Source: Eledone cirrhosa | Taxonomy: Eukaryota | Assembly: GCA_964016885.1 (NCBI GenBank) | Contig: OZ024741.1 | Coordinates: forward strand, 46,810,001 to 46,874,000 | Direction: 5' to 3' | DNA: 64,000 bases | Shown: positions 35,001-48,281 of the stretch, piece by piece | Layout: each line of letters opens with the position of its first letter | How positions within the stretch are numbered: position 1 is the stretch's first letter | Made by a program: the position numbers and the translations under genes | Notes under the pieces: model-generated | Seen by the model: only the letters and a program-made list of their open reading frames with translations | Told to the model about the DNA's origin: nothing | The model's database searches: none

Positions 35001-37552
35001 AAGCATGTTTGAAATACGGCCTACTTGAGGATGGCGCTTTGGCCGAGGCTGCTGTATCACATACAGCTGGCTGTCTCAGAAAGTTATTCGCACTTATGCT
35101 GCACGCGTGCGATTTGCCTGATCCTGATTCTTTGTGGTTAAAATATAGAAACGACATGTCTGAGAATTTCAGATATCAGGCCCAGCTACTGCTTCCAAAT
35201 GTTGACGTAGGCTTCTGCGATGATATCTACAATAGGGCACTTATTAGTTTAGAAGACCGATTAATATGCATGGGGGGAAATATTTTACCGACATATGGCC
35301 TGCCGCAAACCCTACGATCAGATTCAAATAAACTCTCCACTGACATCATCCAAGAAACGCCATATGACGTTGTCGCCTTCGCAAAATACGTCGATGATAC
35401 TATGCCAAAACTACTTCCGGACCAGCTACTCGCGTACAACACTATCTCTGATTCCGTACTTCTTCGGAAAGGGGGCATCTTCTTCCTGGATGCTCCCGGA
35501 AGGACTGGAAAAACGTTTGTTATTAAACTACTGCTCGCTAATTTAAGGCAGCAGAAAAAAATCGCGCTAGCAGTAGCAACATCTGGTATTGCTGCAACAT
35601 TGCTGCCTGGTGGCAGGACAGCACACTCCTCTTTTACACTTCCCCTCAATTTAGCCTCCTCAGAAACTCCATCATGCAACATTGCTAAAAATCCGATAGA
35701 GGACAACTGCTGAGGAGGTGCGACTTCATTGTGTGGGATGTATGCAAAATAGCACACAAAGGTGCTCTCGAGGCACTTGATAGGACCTTACGAGATATCA
35801 AGGATTGTGAAGATCCCATGGGAGGTGTTACTCTGCTACTGTCAGGAGACTTCAGACAAACTCTTCCCGTCATACCCAAAGGAACGCGAGCCGATGAGGT
35901 ACGCGCCTGCCTAAAGACTTCTTCCCTTTGGCAGCATGTAAAAACTTTGAGGCTGTCTACGAATATGCGGACACAGCAGCACGGCGACCCTTCTTCAGAA
36001 AAATTTGCTCAGGACCTCCTTGCACAAGGCGATAGCAGGATTACTATGGATGCACATGGCAACATACTCATCGACCACCTTTGCACTACTGTTACAACTG
36101 TGGCTGACCTGAAGGCAAGAGTTTTCCCCAATCTACAGGAAAACTTCAGAGACCAGCGTTGGCTATGTGAAAGAGCCATCCTGGCTCCGAAAAATAGCAC
36201 TGTCAGTGAAATCAATGACCAGTTACTGCAGTGCCTTCCTGGTGAGCTTCACACATTTAAATCCGTTGATATTGTCCCAGATCCGCAGGAGGCAGTGAAT
36301 TACCCCACTGAATTTCTTAACTCCTTGAATCCTCAAGGACTACCTCCCCACATATTAAAGCTGAAAGAGGGAACCCCCATGATGCTTTTGAGGAATCAAA
36401 CCCCACCACAACTCTGTAATGGCACGCGCCTGGTGGTCAAAAAGATGTCTCCGCGCCTGATAGAGGCCACAATTCTCACTGGGTGTGGAAAGGGAAAGGA
36501 TGCACTAATACCCAGGGTTCACCTGACTACATCAGGGGCAGACATTCCTTTCACTTTCAGGCGATCACAATTTCCGTTTCGTGTGTGCTTTGCAATGTCC
36601 GTCAATAAGTCCCAGGGCCAGACACTTTCGGTGGCAGGTCTTCACCTGGAAGAGCCATGTTTCTCACATGGCCAATTATACGTTGCATGCTCCAGAGTCG
36701 GGACAATATCTTTGCCTTTTTTCCCCAAGGGTAAAACAAAGAACATCGTCTATCATGAGGTTCTATAGAAACCGATGCATGCCGTTTGTTTGGTTTTCGG
36801 TCCTTCATACTAACAACAAACACACCCAGGCACTCATGACTAGCACACATACATGACCGGATAGAACCGGATAGCATTTTAGGCATGTCACAATTACCAT
36901 GTTATTAACATGAAGCCGGTTGGAATATCAGTTAGGGCAGGCAGAGTTCTTCTTTCTGCTTCTTAGTTCATTATATAAAACTTTTTTATGTTACAACAAT
37001 GACCATTGCGAAAATGATTGCCTTAAAATGCATTCTATGCCATTGCTTACTTGGCATTTACCCCCTAACCTAGCAGTTTCACTCGCTATGGCCTCTGAAA
37101 ATCGTGCAGCAGCATTCTCGGCAACAGTGTCTTCGTTTTGATTAACTTTTTGCTCATTCTCATCGTGTATTCAGGCGTTCAAGGGGAATAGTTGCTTCAA
37201 GGAATGATATTTCTATGTCCAGTGGATGGTCAATGTGGTAGTGGCAGCGCCATCTTACGCATAGGGTTTAGTCTACTGAAGGACATATGGTGCGTCTATT
37301 CCATCTTTATCCCCTTACTCATACCTACTACAGCAAGGCCGGACCTGAAATCATTCACGTCAATTAACTCAAGCTACCCCATGAATTGTTTTTATGTTGC
37401 TGTTTATTTCACTCAATCATGTCACTGTACACCCATTTTGTTAAACTTTTTTTTACAATTACATTTCAATTCTTTGCTCAACCTTTGGCTCTCTTTATAC
37501 GAACAAACAGGTTGTCATTCATTTCCCGAGCAACGACGGCTACATCTGCTAG
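32013..37552 (+). mobile_element. Canonical Helitron (RepHel, decayed; 5' end missing; 3' hairpin + CTAG|T)
   Basis: 23-aa repeats, CCSNGKV, PSSFTGSPRY, PDLFITFTCNP, EWQKGGLPHAH, DAPGRTGKT, GDFRQ, NKSQGQ, LYVACSR. Ends CCCGAGCAACGACGG..CTGCTAG|T at 37552. Confidence 0.93.
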
Positions 37553-37577
37553 TGTACATATATATATATATATATAT

Positions 37578-37817
37578 CGTGTAGGTGTCACGACAAAAAA
37601 ACACACAGTCCACGCTGTAATGTGGCCATGTAGGTAACACGGTAAAAACCTCCTAGTCCACACTGTAAACGTGGTTGGTGTTAGGAAGGGCATCCAGCCG
37701 TAGAAAATCCCGCCAGACAGTCCTATACAAGCAAGACAACCAATCTTGCCTCAAGTGGGAAAATTCCCGTCCAAACCCATGCAAGCGTGGAATATGGATG
37801 TTAAACGATGATGATGA

Positions 37818-37822
<5 letters not shown>
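37578..37822 (+). mobile_element. RTE/SINE 3' tail fragment ending in (GAT)n
   Basis: CACTGTAAAC..GGTTGGTGTTAGGAAGGGCATCCAGCCGTAGAAA matches the tail at 15290-15335. Confidence 0.8.
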
Positions 37823-37874
<52 letters not shown>

Positions 37875-38554
37875 AATTAAAATACTAGAGTGTGTTGGAG
37901 TTAAACACCCTCTTCATATTATAGAAATGACAGTAAAGGTATAGCTCAATGTAATTAAACAGAGCCGAAGAATTATGAAGTGTTAACTGCCCTTTAAACG
38001 GTAACTGCCTCTCTAGGAACATCGTTTATGCTTGTGTGGTTAAAACTAATTCCTCTAATAGCACATATATAGGCTCAACATCTAACACTTTTAAGACTAG
38101 GTTTAATTCTCATATCTCTAATTTTAAACATGTTAAGTTTAAGATTTCTACTTCTTTAGCACACCATATCTGGGATCTTAAGGGGGCTAATATACCATAT
38201 AGCCTTAATTGGCGAATAGTAGCACGCTCTAATAACCTTTCAACACACACTAAATTCTGTAATCTCTGTATCCTTGAGTCCCACTCTATAATTTTCTCTA
38301 GGGAACTCTTACTTAATAGAAAGTCTGAGATATTCTCTTCCTGCCCCCACGCCATTTCTAATTCTTACTTTTATTATAAACCTAAAAGTTCTGGTAGTGT
38401 AAATTGTATCCATTAGCTGCTATATTCCCTTATCTTTTTTGTTTAGGTTCATTTTATTTACCACCATCATTATCATTATTATTATTGGTTTTTAACAGCT
38501 TTTCGATCTAGCTTTCATAGTCTTTTGGCTACCATACCATATCTATCTTCTTAA

Positions 38555-41081
38555 CCCTTTAGCGTTCAAAGCGACAAAAACCGACAAGATTATGTCCCCT
38601 TTCATTTATTCAAACCGACAAAAACCGACATTTCAGACCACATGTAGATCTCCTAAAAATAAACATTGACATCATCAAAATCTCGTCAATTCGAGATTAC
38701 AGCGAGATAAAGCCCTTACGCGCGAAAATTAACTCTTAGTATAGTTAAAGACCTTGCGATAACACGTGTTTTTAACTTTGAAATTGTAACATGGCTTACG
38801 AAAGTAGCGACAACGAATTTGAAGGTTTTACATCCTACGACATTCAAGATAAAAAAGAAACAGAAGATAATATCAGTGATTTATCTTCAAATGAATCAGA
38901 TATATTTATTTCTGATATATCTGATGATGATGATAGTCACTTTGAAAGTGAAAGCGAAGATATATCTGACACCATTGAAAAAACAACACCGATACATGTT
39001 TCGGATTTTAATGAAAATACTGGACCACAACACACATTACCACCCGATGCTAAAGCACTGGATTATTTTTTTTTATTTTTACCACAAACTTTCTTTGAAG
39101 TTGTGGCAGAAGAGACAAATCGCTATGCACAACAACAAATTTCTAACCGAGGAAAACCTGATCTGTTATGGCGTCCGACAGATTCTGCCGAAATGAAAGC
39201 GTTTTTTACCATAAACATTATGTTTGGTATTAAACAATTTCCACGACTGTGGAATTATTGGAGTACTGATATAAGGTTTGGTGACCCTTATATATCTAGT
39301 ATTATGGCAAAAACGAGATTTATAAAATTAAACCAGTATTTGCATCTGGTTGATACTACAAATGCCCCTGGTAGAAATGAATCGAATTACAACCCACTGT
39401 ACAAAGTACGACCATTAATTGAAATGTTGACAGAAAAATTGAAAAGTATGTATATACCTGGAAAAAATCTTTGTGTTGATGAAGCTATGATTGGGTATAA
39501 GGGTAGGGCTCATTTCAGACAGTATATGCCAGCTAAACCCACCAAATGGGGCATCAAAGTGTGGGAACTGTGTGAATCGGACACGGGATACTGTGTAAAC
39601 TTTGATGTTTACACAGGAAAAAAACTTAACGGAGAGAGAAAGCATGGGTTGGGTTACGATGTTGTGTGGTCGCTGACTCAACCCTTCCACTTTCAACACA
39701 GACATATTAATTTTGCCCGTTTTTTTTCTTCGGTGCTTTTAGCAGAAATACATACACCTGCGGCACAATAATGAGCAATCGGAAAGGGCTACTCCAAGAA
39801 ATAAAAGTTGCGAAACTAAAAAACAGAGGAGACATTCTCCAAATGCAAAAAGAGAACATGTTAGCCACAGTGTTCAAAGACAAATGGCAAATTTTGTTCC
39901 TGAGTTCTAACCAACAACCAGGTGTTGGGGCTGAGGGTAGACCTTTAGTTAACCTCTCCTACAATAAATATATGGGTGGGGTTGACAAATCCGACCAATA
40001 TTGCGTGTATTACCCAGTTGGACGCCCTGGAAAGAAATGGTGGAGATACATCTTGTGGTTTTTAGTGAATTTAACCATTGTGAATTCTTTTATTGTATTT
40101 ACTAAAAGCCACAAGGATCCGCCACCACCAAAGGACTACTGCCACATGAAATTTCGCGTGGACATTGCATCCCAGCTACGTGGGAGATATACTTCTCGCA
40201 AACACAAAGCTGGGAAAAAATCAAAATTAGCAGTGGTCCACAAAGAAAATATTGATTTTCATAAAGTGGAGAGAATTGATGGTAGGAGGAAGGTTTGCCG
40301 ATTGTGCTCTTTGCAAAAGAGAAAAACTGTTAAAGGTTACGCAATCCAAACCCTATTTATGTGTTCCTTTTGCAAAGTGCCATTATGTAAAGGGTGCTTT
40401 GGGCAGTATCACGATAGAAATATTGTCTGACAATATTGAAAACAATATTTTAAAAATATATTAGCACACATATACAAAAACACCTGCATTCACCTGTAAC
40501 ACACCTGCATCACACCTGTTAATGAACTTATATATTGGGAACATTCTGTTACGTAATTTTACACCTTACATTGTGTAAGAGTACATTGCCAATATTATTT
40601 TGACTGGTGAAAAGGTTTTATACATTTTTTTCAATGAAAATATTTGCCTGGAATGTAGAGAAAGACTAAAACCTTGTACTGATTACACCTGCATTTTTAA
40701 TTAATTCACCTGTTCGGAAAACTGCTAGAATTGATGGAAATCAGCATCTAGATCATTATTGGATTTTTTTGCAACAAATCTAACAGATAAGGCAGATAAA
40801 GTTTAAATATTTGTGTTTATCCATAAAGTTATTACTTTTACACCTGTTAATTAATTTCACCTGCCCATAAAAGTCAAATTTAACAAAAAAAAATCAGGTA
40901 AAAATATATAATTGTAAATTATAGTTCTTTAAACATCTACTGACAAAATTTCAAGTCTGCACATAGAAAATTAGAGTAATTACAAGCAAATAAAATTGAT
41001 AACCCTCTTGAGTATAATTAAGTGAAAATAATGCGAATAGATGAACATGACATTTGACAATTCAATGTGAATGCTAAAGGG
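38555..41081 (+). mobile_element. Complete piggyBac transposon with TTAA TSDs
   Basis: TTAA|CCCTTTAGCGTTCA ... TGAATGCTAAAGGG|TTAA (14-bp TIR, 1 mismatch). Confidence 0.95.
38791..40430 (+). pseudogene. piggyBac (PGBD4-like) transposase, disrupted
   Basis: Acidic N-terminus, VDEAM, YMPAKPTKWGIK, YNKYMGGVDKSDQ and a C-terminal Cys-rich domain. Frameshift near 39750; the second catalytic Asp reads Ala (FARFFSS). Confidence 0.92.
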
Positions 41082-42145
41082 TTAAATATTATATTTTTAC
41101 TATTAACACCTTATGAGTTTATATCTGATTATATATTTTATTTTATTTGGATTCTCATTTAGATAATTAACCCCCCACACACACACACTTGTCATTCATT
41201 TTATTTATATTTTTTACTACCGTGCGTAGTTTCTGTCTGGTTCTTATTCACTTATTCACATATGTCTGTCTACCAACTATGTAATTATGTATATTATACT
41301 ATGTTTATTATTTGATATTGAAGTTGTTATATCATATCACTTTATGTAATCGTACTATAGATCTTACATATTTACTGATTATTCAATGTACCCTTATGTT
41401 AAATTTTGTAAATTCTGTAATATGTTTATATTTTTATAATTTTTGTAATGTTTAGATAATATTTATTTATACCAATTGTATAAAAACTTGACCTCCGTCT
41501 GTTTTCTTACAACGGTATAGATATTTTTCCAGCACAATTTTTTCAACACAATTTAGTTCTGTATATTTTTTTCTCACCCTGTGTGTAACTTTATATGATT
41601 TGTTAAGTTATATGCCAATATATTATAATATCATTATTATAGTGTTATTGTAATATTTATATTGTTTGTGCAAATTGACCGGGATTATAAATTATATAAT
41701 TATATAGTATATTATATATTATATGTTTATTTTTACTCATTTCTTTATCATTTTATACTGTAAATAATATATGTATTATATTTTTATTTATATTTAAACT
41801 CTTAATAAGTGTTAGTTTGTGTTTGTATTGATGGATATGTGTATTGATATATATATATACATATGTGTACATATGTATATATATATGTATAGTGGGCCTT
41901 TTAATATTATTATTATTATCATTATCAATTATATTATATTATATTATATATAGTACTGTAATTCTCGCTTTATATCACTTGTGTTTAGTTTTAGTTTTTG
42001 CATTGTACTATATTTGTAATATGGTTCAAAATGTTATTCACTTCCTTAGCAATTTTTACTTGATAATTTTCCTATGCTTTAATGTATGTATACTCCATAT
42101 TCTTCTGAGTTTTTGGCTTGTATTGGCCGATAGTGCTTCTTATAG

Positions 42146-42199
42146 CTTTACTTGCCCTGATGAGTCCTTAATAGGACGAAACATTGTTGGCTAATAAAG
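42146..42199 (+). ncRNA. Minimal type I hammerhead ribozyme
   Basis: gcc-CTGATGA-gtcc ttaata ggac-GAAA-cattg-TT-ggc. Confidence 0.88.
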
Positions 42200-42256
42200 A
42201 CTTTTGATGTATTGAAGGCTTCTTTGGTTTATTTTCATAATATATATATATATATG

Positions 42257-44320
42257 TATCTGCAAAATCCTACTTCAGTGCCTCAAAAGTGGCGCAGGGG
42301 TGACTCTGGCTGTCTGATAGCTATGGTAGCGGGACTCAATGTCCTGGCAGGTTTTACCATGCTACACAGGTATCAGACTATTGGTCCTAGAGATGATTCA
42401 TCATCTTCTAGAGTTCAAAAGCTAGCTAAACTGAAGAGGTACCAGCCTGCCCGCCCAGCCAGTGGGATGGCGTCATCTTATGGTTAAAACAGCACAAAGA
42501 AAAGGGCCTCAGTACCCTGCGCGCCAATCGGGCCACTCCATGATGGCGGAGTGCAACCTGAGCGACGAGAGGCTGCTAAGAATCACAGGTTCCTGAAGGT
42601 CGCTAAGGAACAGGACTAACCTTGCCATATGCACCTACAACTGCAGGTCTTTGGAAGGGGGCAAGGACTGAACCACCTAATGGAGAAGATCAGGTGCGAC
42701 GTGTTAGGGCTGTGTGAGACCCGGCAGAAGAAGGAGGCGAGTTCGCGATGGCAAGATGGATGCGCCTTGAGACTCGGGAAAGCAGAGGGTGCCAGATCGG
42801 TCAGAGGTATAGGGTTCATCGTAAGCAAAGAATGGGCTCCGAAGGTCGCTTCTTGCCAGTTCATAGATTGGTGTACTGAACGGATTGGTGTACTGAACGT
42901 GAACCTCTCAGGGATGGCCACCCTCAAGATCATCCAGACCTACGCTCCCACAAGTGCCAGCGACGACGATGAGGTGGAAGAATTCTATCGCCAGCTAGAC
43001 AAAGTGCTAGCTGTGAAGTCCACTTACACCATCGTGATGGGAGACTTCAACGTAAAGGTCGGACAGGGACGGCAAGGGGAAGAGTATGTCGGAAGATTCG
43101 GCCTAGGAGAGCAAATTGAGAGAGGAGAGCATCTGGTCACCATGGTGGAGGCGAGACAGCTCTACATCGGAAACAGCCTATCCAGGAAGAAGGAGAAGAG
43201 ATAGACCTGGTATCGCCAAATTCTGAGCACCGAAACGAAATTGACTACATCCTGGTCAACAAGCGACGCATACTACAGGATGTCTCCGTCATAACGCCAT
43301 TCAACACTGGCAGTGATCATCGTCTGGTGAGGTCAAGGGTCGTCATCGACCAGACGAGGGAGAAGGCGCTGCATTTGGCATTGAAGGGAGAACGCGTCCG
43401 GCTCTTCAACGAGGCGCAGCTGCAGGAAGCCATTATGCAGGAAAAGTGGCGTTAAGGAGACGGCATAGACGCTGACTACGACTCACTGATGAGGAAACTG
43501 AAGGAGTGCTTGAGGAAGGCTAAGGGTGTGTGCCCGAGGGAGCGGAAGGGAAGAGTCTCGGAGGAAACTATGAAGTTGCTTAAGAAGAGGAAGAATATGA
43601 AGAGGACACCTGAAGATCACCTCGAATATTCCCTTCTCAGCAGAGTGATACATCAACAACTGAAGAGAGACTTCGAGGCATACCGGATGTAGAAGCTCCT
43701 GAAGGCTGCAAAGGAAAGGAAGAGCCTCAAGAAATGCGAGAGGGACATGACAATGTACAGATCGGAGGTGACGACACTAAAAAACACAGCTGGAGTACCG
43801 GTCAGCGACAAGAGTGAGGTGGAAAAGGTTTGCGAAGACTTCTACACCAAGCTCTTCAAGTCTCCCGGGAATGTGCAGCCGTTGCCGTAACTCCAACAGG
43901 AAGAAAATGTGCCACCCATCCTTGTCAGTGAGGTCGAAAGAACCGTCGGCTTGATGAAAAGCGGAAAGACGCCAAGGAAAGACGGCATAACATCGGAGGT
44001 GTTGAAGTCAGGCGGAGAGCAGCTCTGGAAAATCCTCGTCGAGCGATTCACACACTATCTGGATGAGGGAAGAGTTGAATACCATCCTGCTATACAAGAA
44101 GGGCAATAGAGAAGATCTGAAGAACTACCGACCCATATGCCTGCTGTCTCACGTGTACAAGCTGTTCACGAAGATAATCCTGAACAGGTTATCACGTCAT
44201 CTGGACGAACAGCAACCGAGAGAGCAAGCCGGCTTCCGGAAAAACTACAGCACAATGAACCACATATTTACTGACACAACTGCTTGAGCGAGCAAGAGAG
44301 TACAAGATGCCTCTTTGAGA
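42257..44320 (+). mobile_element. Decayed RTE-clade LINE (5'UTR, endonuclease, start of RT), 3'-truncated
   Basis: CTYNCR, LGLCETR, IQTYAPTS, MGDFN, GSDHR, LKNYRPICLLS, EQAGFR. Confidence 0.9.
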
Positions 44321-45376
44321 CATTTAATGTAATATGTGATAATAAACTATATATGCATTTATAATTATATAATTAAATACTTAAATTAATAACATGTATA
44401 TAAGAGATCTACCTTTAACACAACATAATAATAAAGTATATATACATTTATAATTAAATATAAAATGCAATAGCATTGTATATTAGGGATTAACTTTCAA
44501 AACAATAATGTATATTATTACACCTATGATATATTTTGACATATTAACAGCTATACAACTCTTCATAACATATACCTTTTCCAGTAATGAATAGATAACA
44601 ATCTAAAGAGACCTTTAATGTATGATAGTTAAATACACGGTATTTAAAATCAGGTATAAATATACAGCGTTATGTAATAGAGATTCAATGGTATCACATT
44701 ATAATGTGTATTAGAGCAAAGAATTTTAATAACTGAATTAAACTTAATTAACTAGTTACCTCCCCTTACGCATTAGCTCCCCTTATTCACTTCCGGAAAT
44801 TAACGATTGTAAAATTTACCGGTTGATCAAATATAGTCTATGAATATGAATACATTAAGACTAATTTACAACATTCAATATAAACATTAACTAAAATTTA
44901 ATTCAACATATGTAATGGAAAAGTCTGCAAAAACTGTATGCTTCTCAACACACACAAATTCAAACACTATCAACATACAGCATCCACCATAGATTCTAAT
45001 ACATTAACATATTTGCTTAAAGTGCAGTATTTATTCATCTATATTGCATAATAACTTTGCTCGTTTCCTTCTCATGTATATGACTAACGCAGTTGCACTC
45101 TCCACACGCCTGCATATGTATTGTTAATGTACTCTTCCTTTCTCAAAACTACTTTCTCAATGCCTCTTTAATGATTGGACTATTCTCTTGTTTTATCTGT
45201 TGCATGTATTCCACTCCATGCTTTTGATTTTAATTTGAATTTTTGTACAATTATTGTACAATTCTCGTAAAATATATGTCACATCCATTCCACCCTGTAA
45301 ATACGAAACTGTTGCTCACAACATCAATATTTATGTGTCTATATTATTGTTCAGTTGAATATGTGCAAACATTGAT

Positions 45377-45426
45377 AATGCTCCGATGACTCCAAACTAG
45401 TTTGGAAGAAACGATTGTCAGCTATT
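45377..45426 (+). ncRNA. Minimal type I hammerhead ribozyme (CCGATGA variant) at the end of a probable PLE 3'UTR (44320-45460)
   Basis: gct-CCGATGA-ctccaaactagtttggaa-GAAA-cgattg-TC-agc. Paralog of the 20755 copy. Confidence 0.75.
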
Positions 45427-45459
45427 AAATGATTTGAACACAACTTTGATAATTGTCTA

Positions 45460-45509
<50 letters not shown>

Positions 45510-45510
<1 letters not shown>

Positions 45511-48240
45511 AGAGTTAAACAAGATTCAATGCTGAAGATCTTACTGACATCAATAATGATGCATATAAATTAATTGCCAAATTAGGAATTGAAGGAAGAA
45601 CAGAGCCTTTTATACCTAAACAGCCGCGGATCAATTTTAAAGATCACAAAAGAAACTTTGAGGAAGACCTGCCAGTTAGACTGATTGCTCCATCCAAATT
45701 GGATATAGGAGTAATCAATAAAAATATTATTGATAGAATTCTACCTACTCTGAAATTGAGGTCTAAATTGAGCTTGTGGAAGGATACAAACGAAGTCATT
45801 GAATGGTATAAGAATATAGATAAGAAAAACCGTAAATTCATCCAGATGGACATGAGCTATTACTCTTCCATTACGCCCAACCTACTAAATAAGGCTTTAT
45901 CATACGCTTACAAACATACTGATCTAACTACGGATGAAATTGATATCATATTAACTTCGACAATGAGTATTGGACCCGCTCAGAAGGAAATAGAAACTTT
46001 GACATTACCATGGGATCATCTGATTCAGCGCAAATCACGGGTCTTCTGGGGATTTTCATCTTATGATGAATAGAAAACTGCCGGAGATTACCGGTGGTTT
46101 ATATAGGGATGATATTTTATTTACGGTTGTTAAACACAACAACATAGAACTAAATAGAGTAAAGAAAAATATAATTGAATTCTTTAAAATTTACGACCTT
46201 AAACTAGAAGTAGAAAGTGGTACCAAAATAGTTAATTTCCTTGATGTTACCTTTAACTTAAACTCTGGTTTTTATTACCCTTTCCATAAGCCCAATGAAA
46301 ACTTAAATTACGTTAGTTATTACTCCAATCACTCTAAGTCAGTGAAAAAAGCAATTGTAAATAGTGTACAAAAACGCATAAATAGAATATCTGTCAATAA
46401 ATCAATATTTGATGAAAATGCAGGATATTACAATGATGCGCTAAAAAAGGCAGGTTATAAAAATAATATAGAATATATAGACAATAATAATCCAAGTTTT
46501 AATCCTGATAAAAATAATGGCATATATAAACGAAATTCTATAAATTCTAATAATTATATTCAAACACCTGTACTGTGAATACATCGGGGAAAAGAACCAG
46601 AACTAAATCAGTTATATGGTTTACATTCCAAGCCTCGCAAAAAGTCAGGAAAAAACAGTAAGCAATCAAGCCTGATTTTCAACGGCTATCATCAACTGTT
46701 GAACATATAAGTCATAACGATTTATAAAACTTTAATAATGCTTTATCTTCTAATCATTTATAATGGAATTAATGTTTGAATGAATGACACTTGTTTGATA
46801 ACTTGTTTACTTGATAGATATGCATACCCTATGATTTTTTGGATATTTTAAACTTTGATTCAGATTTTTATTTTTCTGTCTTTGTTTTAAATATATAGTT
46901 TAGATATCTAACTTGTAAATTTACTGATTATAATTTGAGCTGTGGATCATTCATGAGTTTGCATATTTTATATATATATATATTTTACTCATTTTTAGAT
47001 GTTTTGGGGGACTCAGAAAGTTGGATTTGCACTGTGTTTTTTTATGTATATTTAACAAACCATAATAGCTGACAAATATTGGTATATCTCTCCACTGAAC
47101 TGGAGGTAAAACTACTAACAATGATTATAATTATTATTCTTTATTAAATGTATACCGTTTCATTAATACCTATAATTATATCTATATATAGTTTGTACAA
47201 ATATCTTTATCTAGTGTAATAACATAATCGTAGTTACATTTATAAATAATTTAAACACTCAAATGACATTATTATAAGTGTTAGGTTTTCCCTGGAAGGT
47301 CGAACTTATATAATCATTTACTTAATACAATATATGAACAAATAATAAACTATAATCTTGGTATGTTATGATCAATACATATATATAGTTGAAAATTCTG
47401 ACTTCTTTAAGTTTAATTATAAGGCCTGTTGATACTTTAGGCACTCAAACTATTTAACAATAAATTCTTTAATAGTTATAACTATAAATATCTTATGAAT
47501 TATATTATAGAAACTGTTGTTGATATTATAAGTAATTTTGGTAAAGATAACCTTCGTGGGGATATGGAACATTATATGTATATTTTCTTTCTTTCTTGGG
47601 TTTCGTAAATCCTTTAAATTTGTTTTCATAAAATTTTAATTTTAGAAATTTAACATAATTATATTATATTCATACAAATACCTATTAACTTTTAAAACCT
47701 AAAATTTGATTCTTTACCCTGAAATAACATAAATTAAATATTTTGAAAATTAACCGCCAAATATACTATATAAGATTCTGTGTAGAAACTTGAGCATAAA
47801 TTACTCCCCTTTGTCTCTCTCTCTCTTTAATCGTCTTTCATCTGTCTTCTCAAGCTAAATACTATATAAGTTATCACATCAGCTATTTCTTCCTCTATGC
47901 TTTCCTTTCCCTCCTATTTCTCTAGTAGTTTTTAAATAATAAAAATTCTATAACTGTTATATTGATGCCATGTATTTCTTAAAATATATTACTCACACTC
48001 TCTCTATTGTTTGGATTATGTTTTCTCATGTTCTCAATATTAGGGTATAAATATTGAGTTTTGTCATAAGTTAATCACTACCTTGATTAAATCTTAACCA
48101 TCTACCATATCAGGGTATGTCATGTATCATTTTATTTTATCTGATGAGGACGTACTGTTGAACTTAATTCAGTACCTCTGAAATATGTATAATAAAATAT
48201 AATTGATCACAAGAATATCTATTTTGTTAATATTTGGAAT
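45510..48240 (+). mobile_element. Naiad-type PLE fragment (RT, deleted endonuclease, 3'UTR, pLTR)
   Basis: KDHKRNF, VRLIAPSK, GLYRDD, NFLDVTF, YSNH. Hammerhead at 48133. Confidence 0.85.
48133..48199 (+). ncRNA. Minimal type I hammerhead ribozyme
   Basis: tattttat-CTGATGA-(stem II gtactg..cagtac)-GAAA-tatgta-TA-ataaaata. Confidence 0.82.
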
Positions 48241-48281
48241 TAATATATATATATATATATATATATCCATACATGTATATA

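Larger units (their letters stand above)
37980..42240 (+). mobile_element. Naiad-type PLE 3' fragment (GIY-YIG 37990-38416, 3'UTR, pLTR) interrupted by a piggyBac
   Basis: NCPLNGNCL..IVY, YIGSTSNTFKTRF, CNLCILE, LLNRKSE. Hammerhead at 42146. Confidence 0.8.

Noticed and set aside
41844-42194. Hydrophobic 116-aa ORF as a membrane protein
   Set aside because: AT-rich low-complexity PLE 3'UTR overlapping the hammerhead; a compositional artefact.
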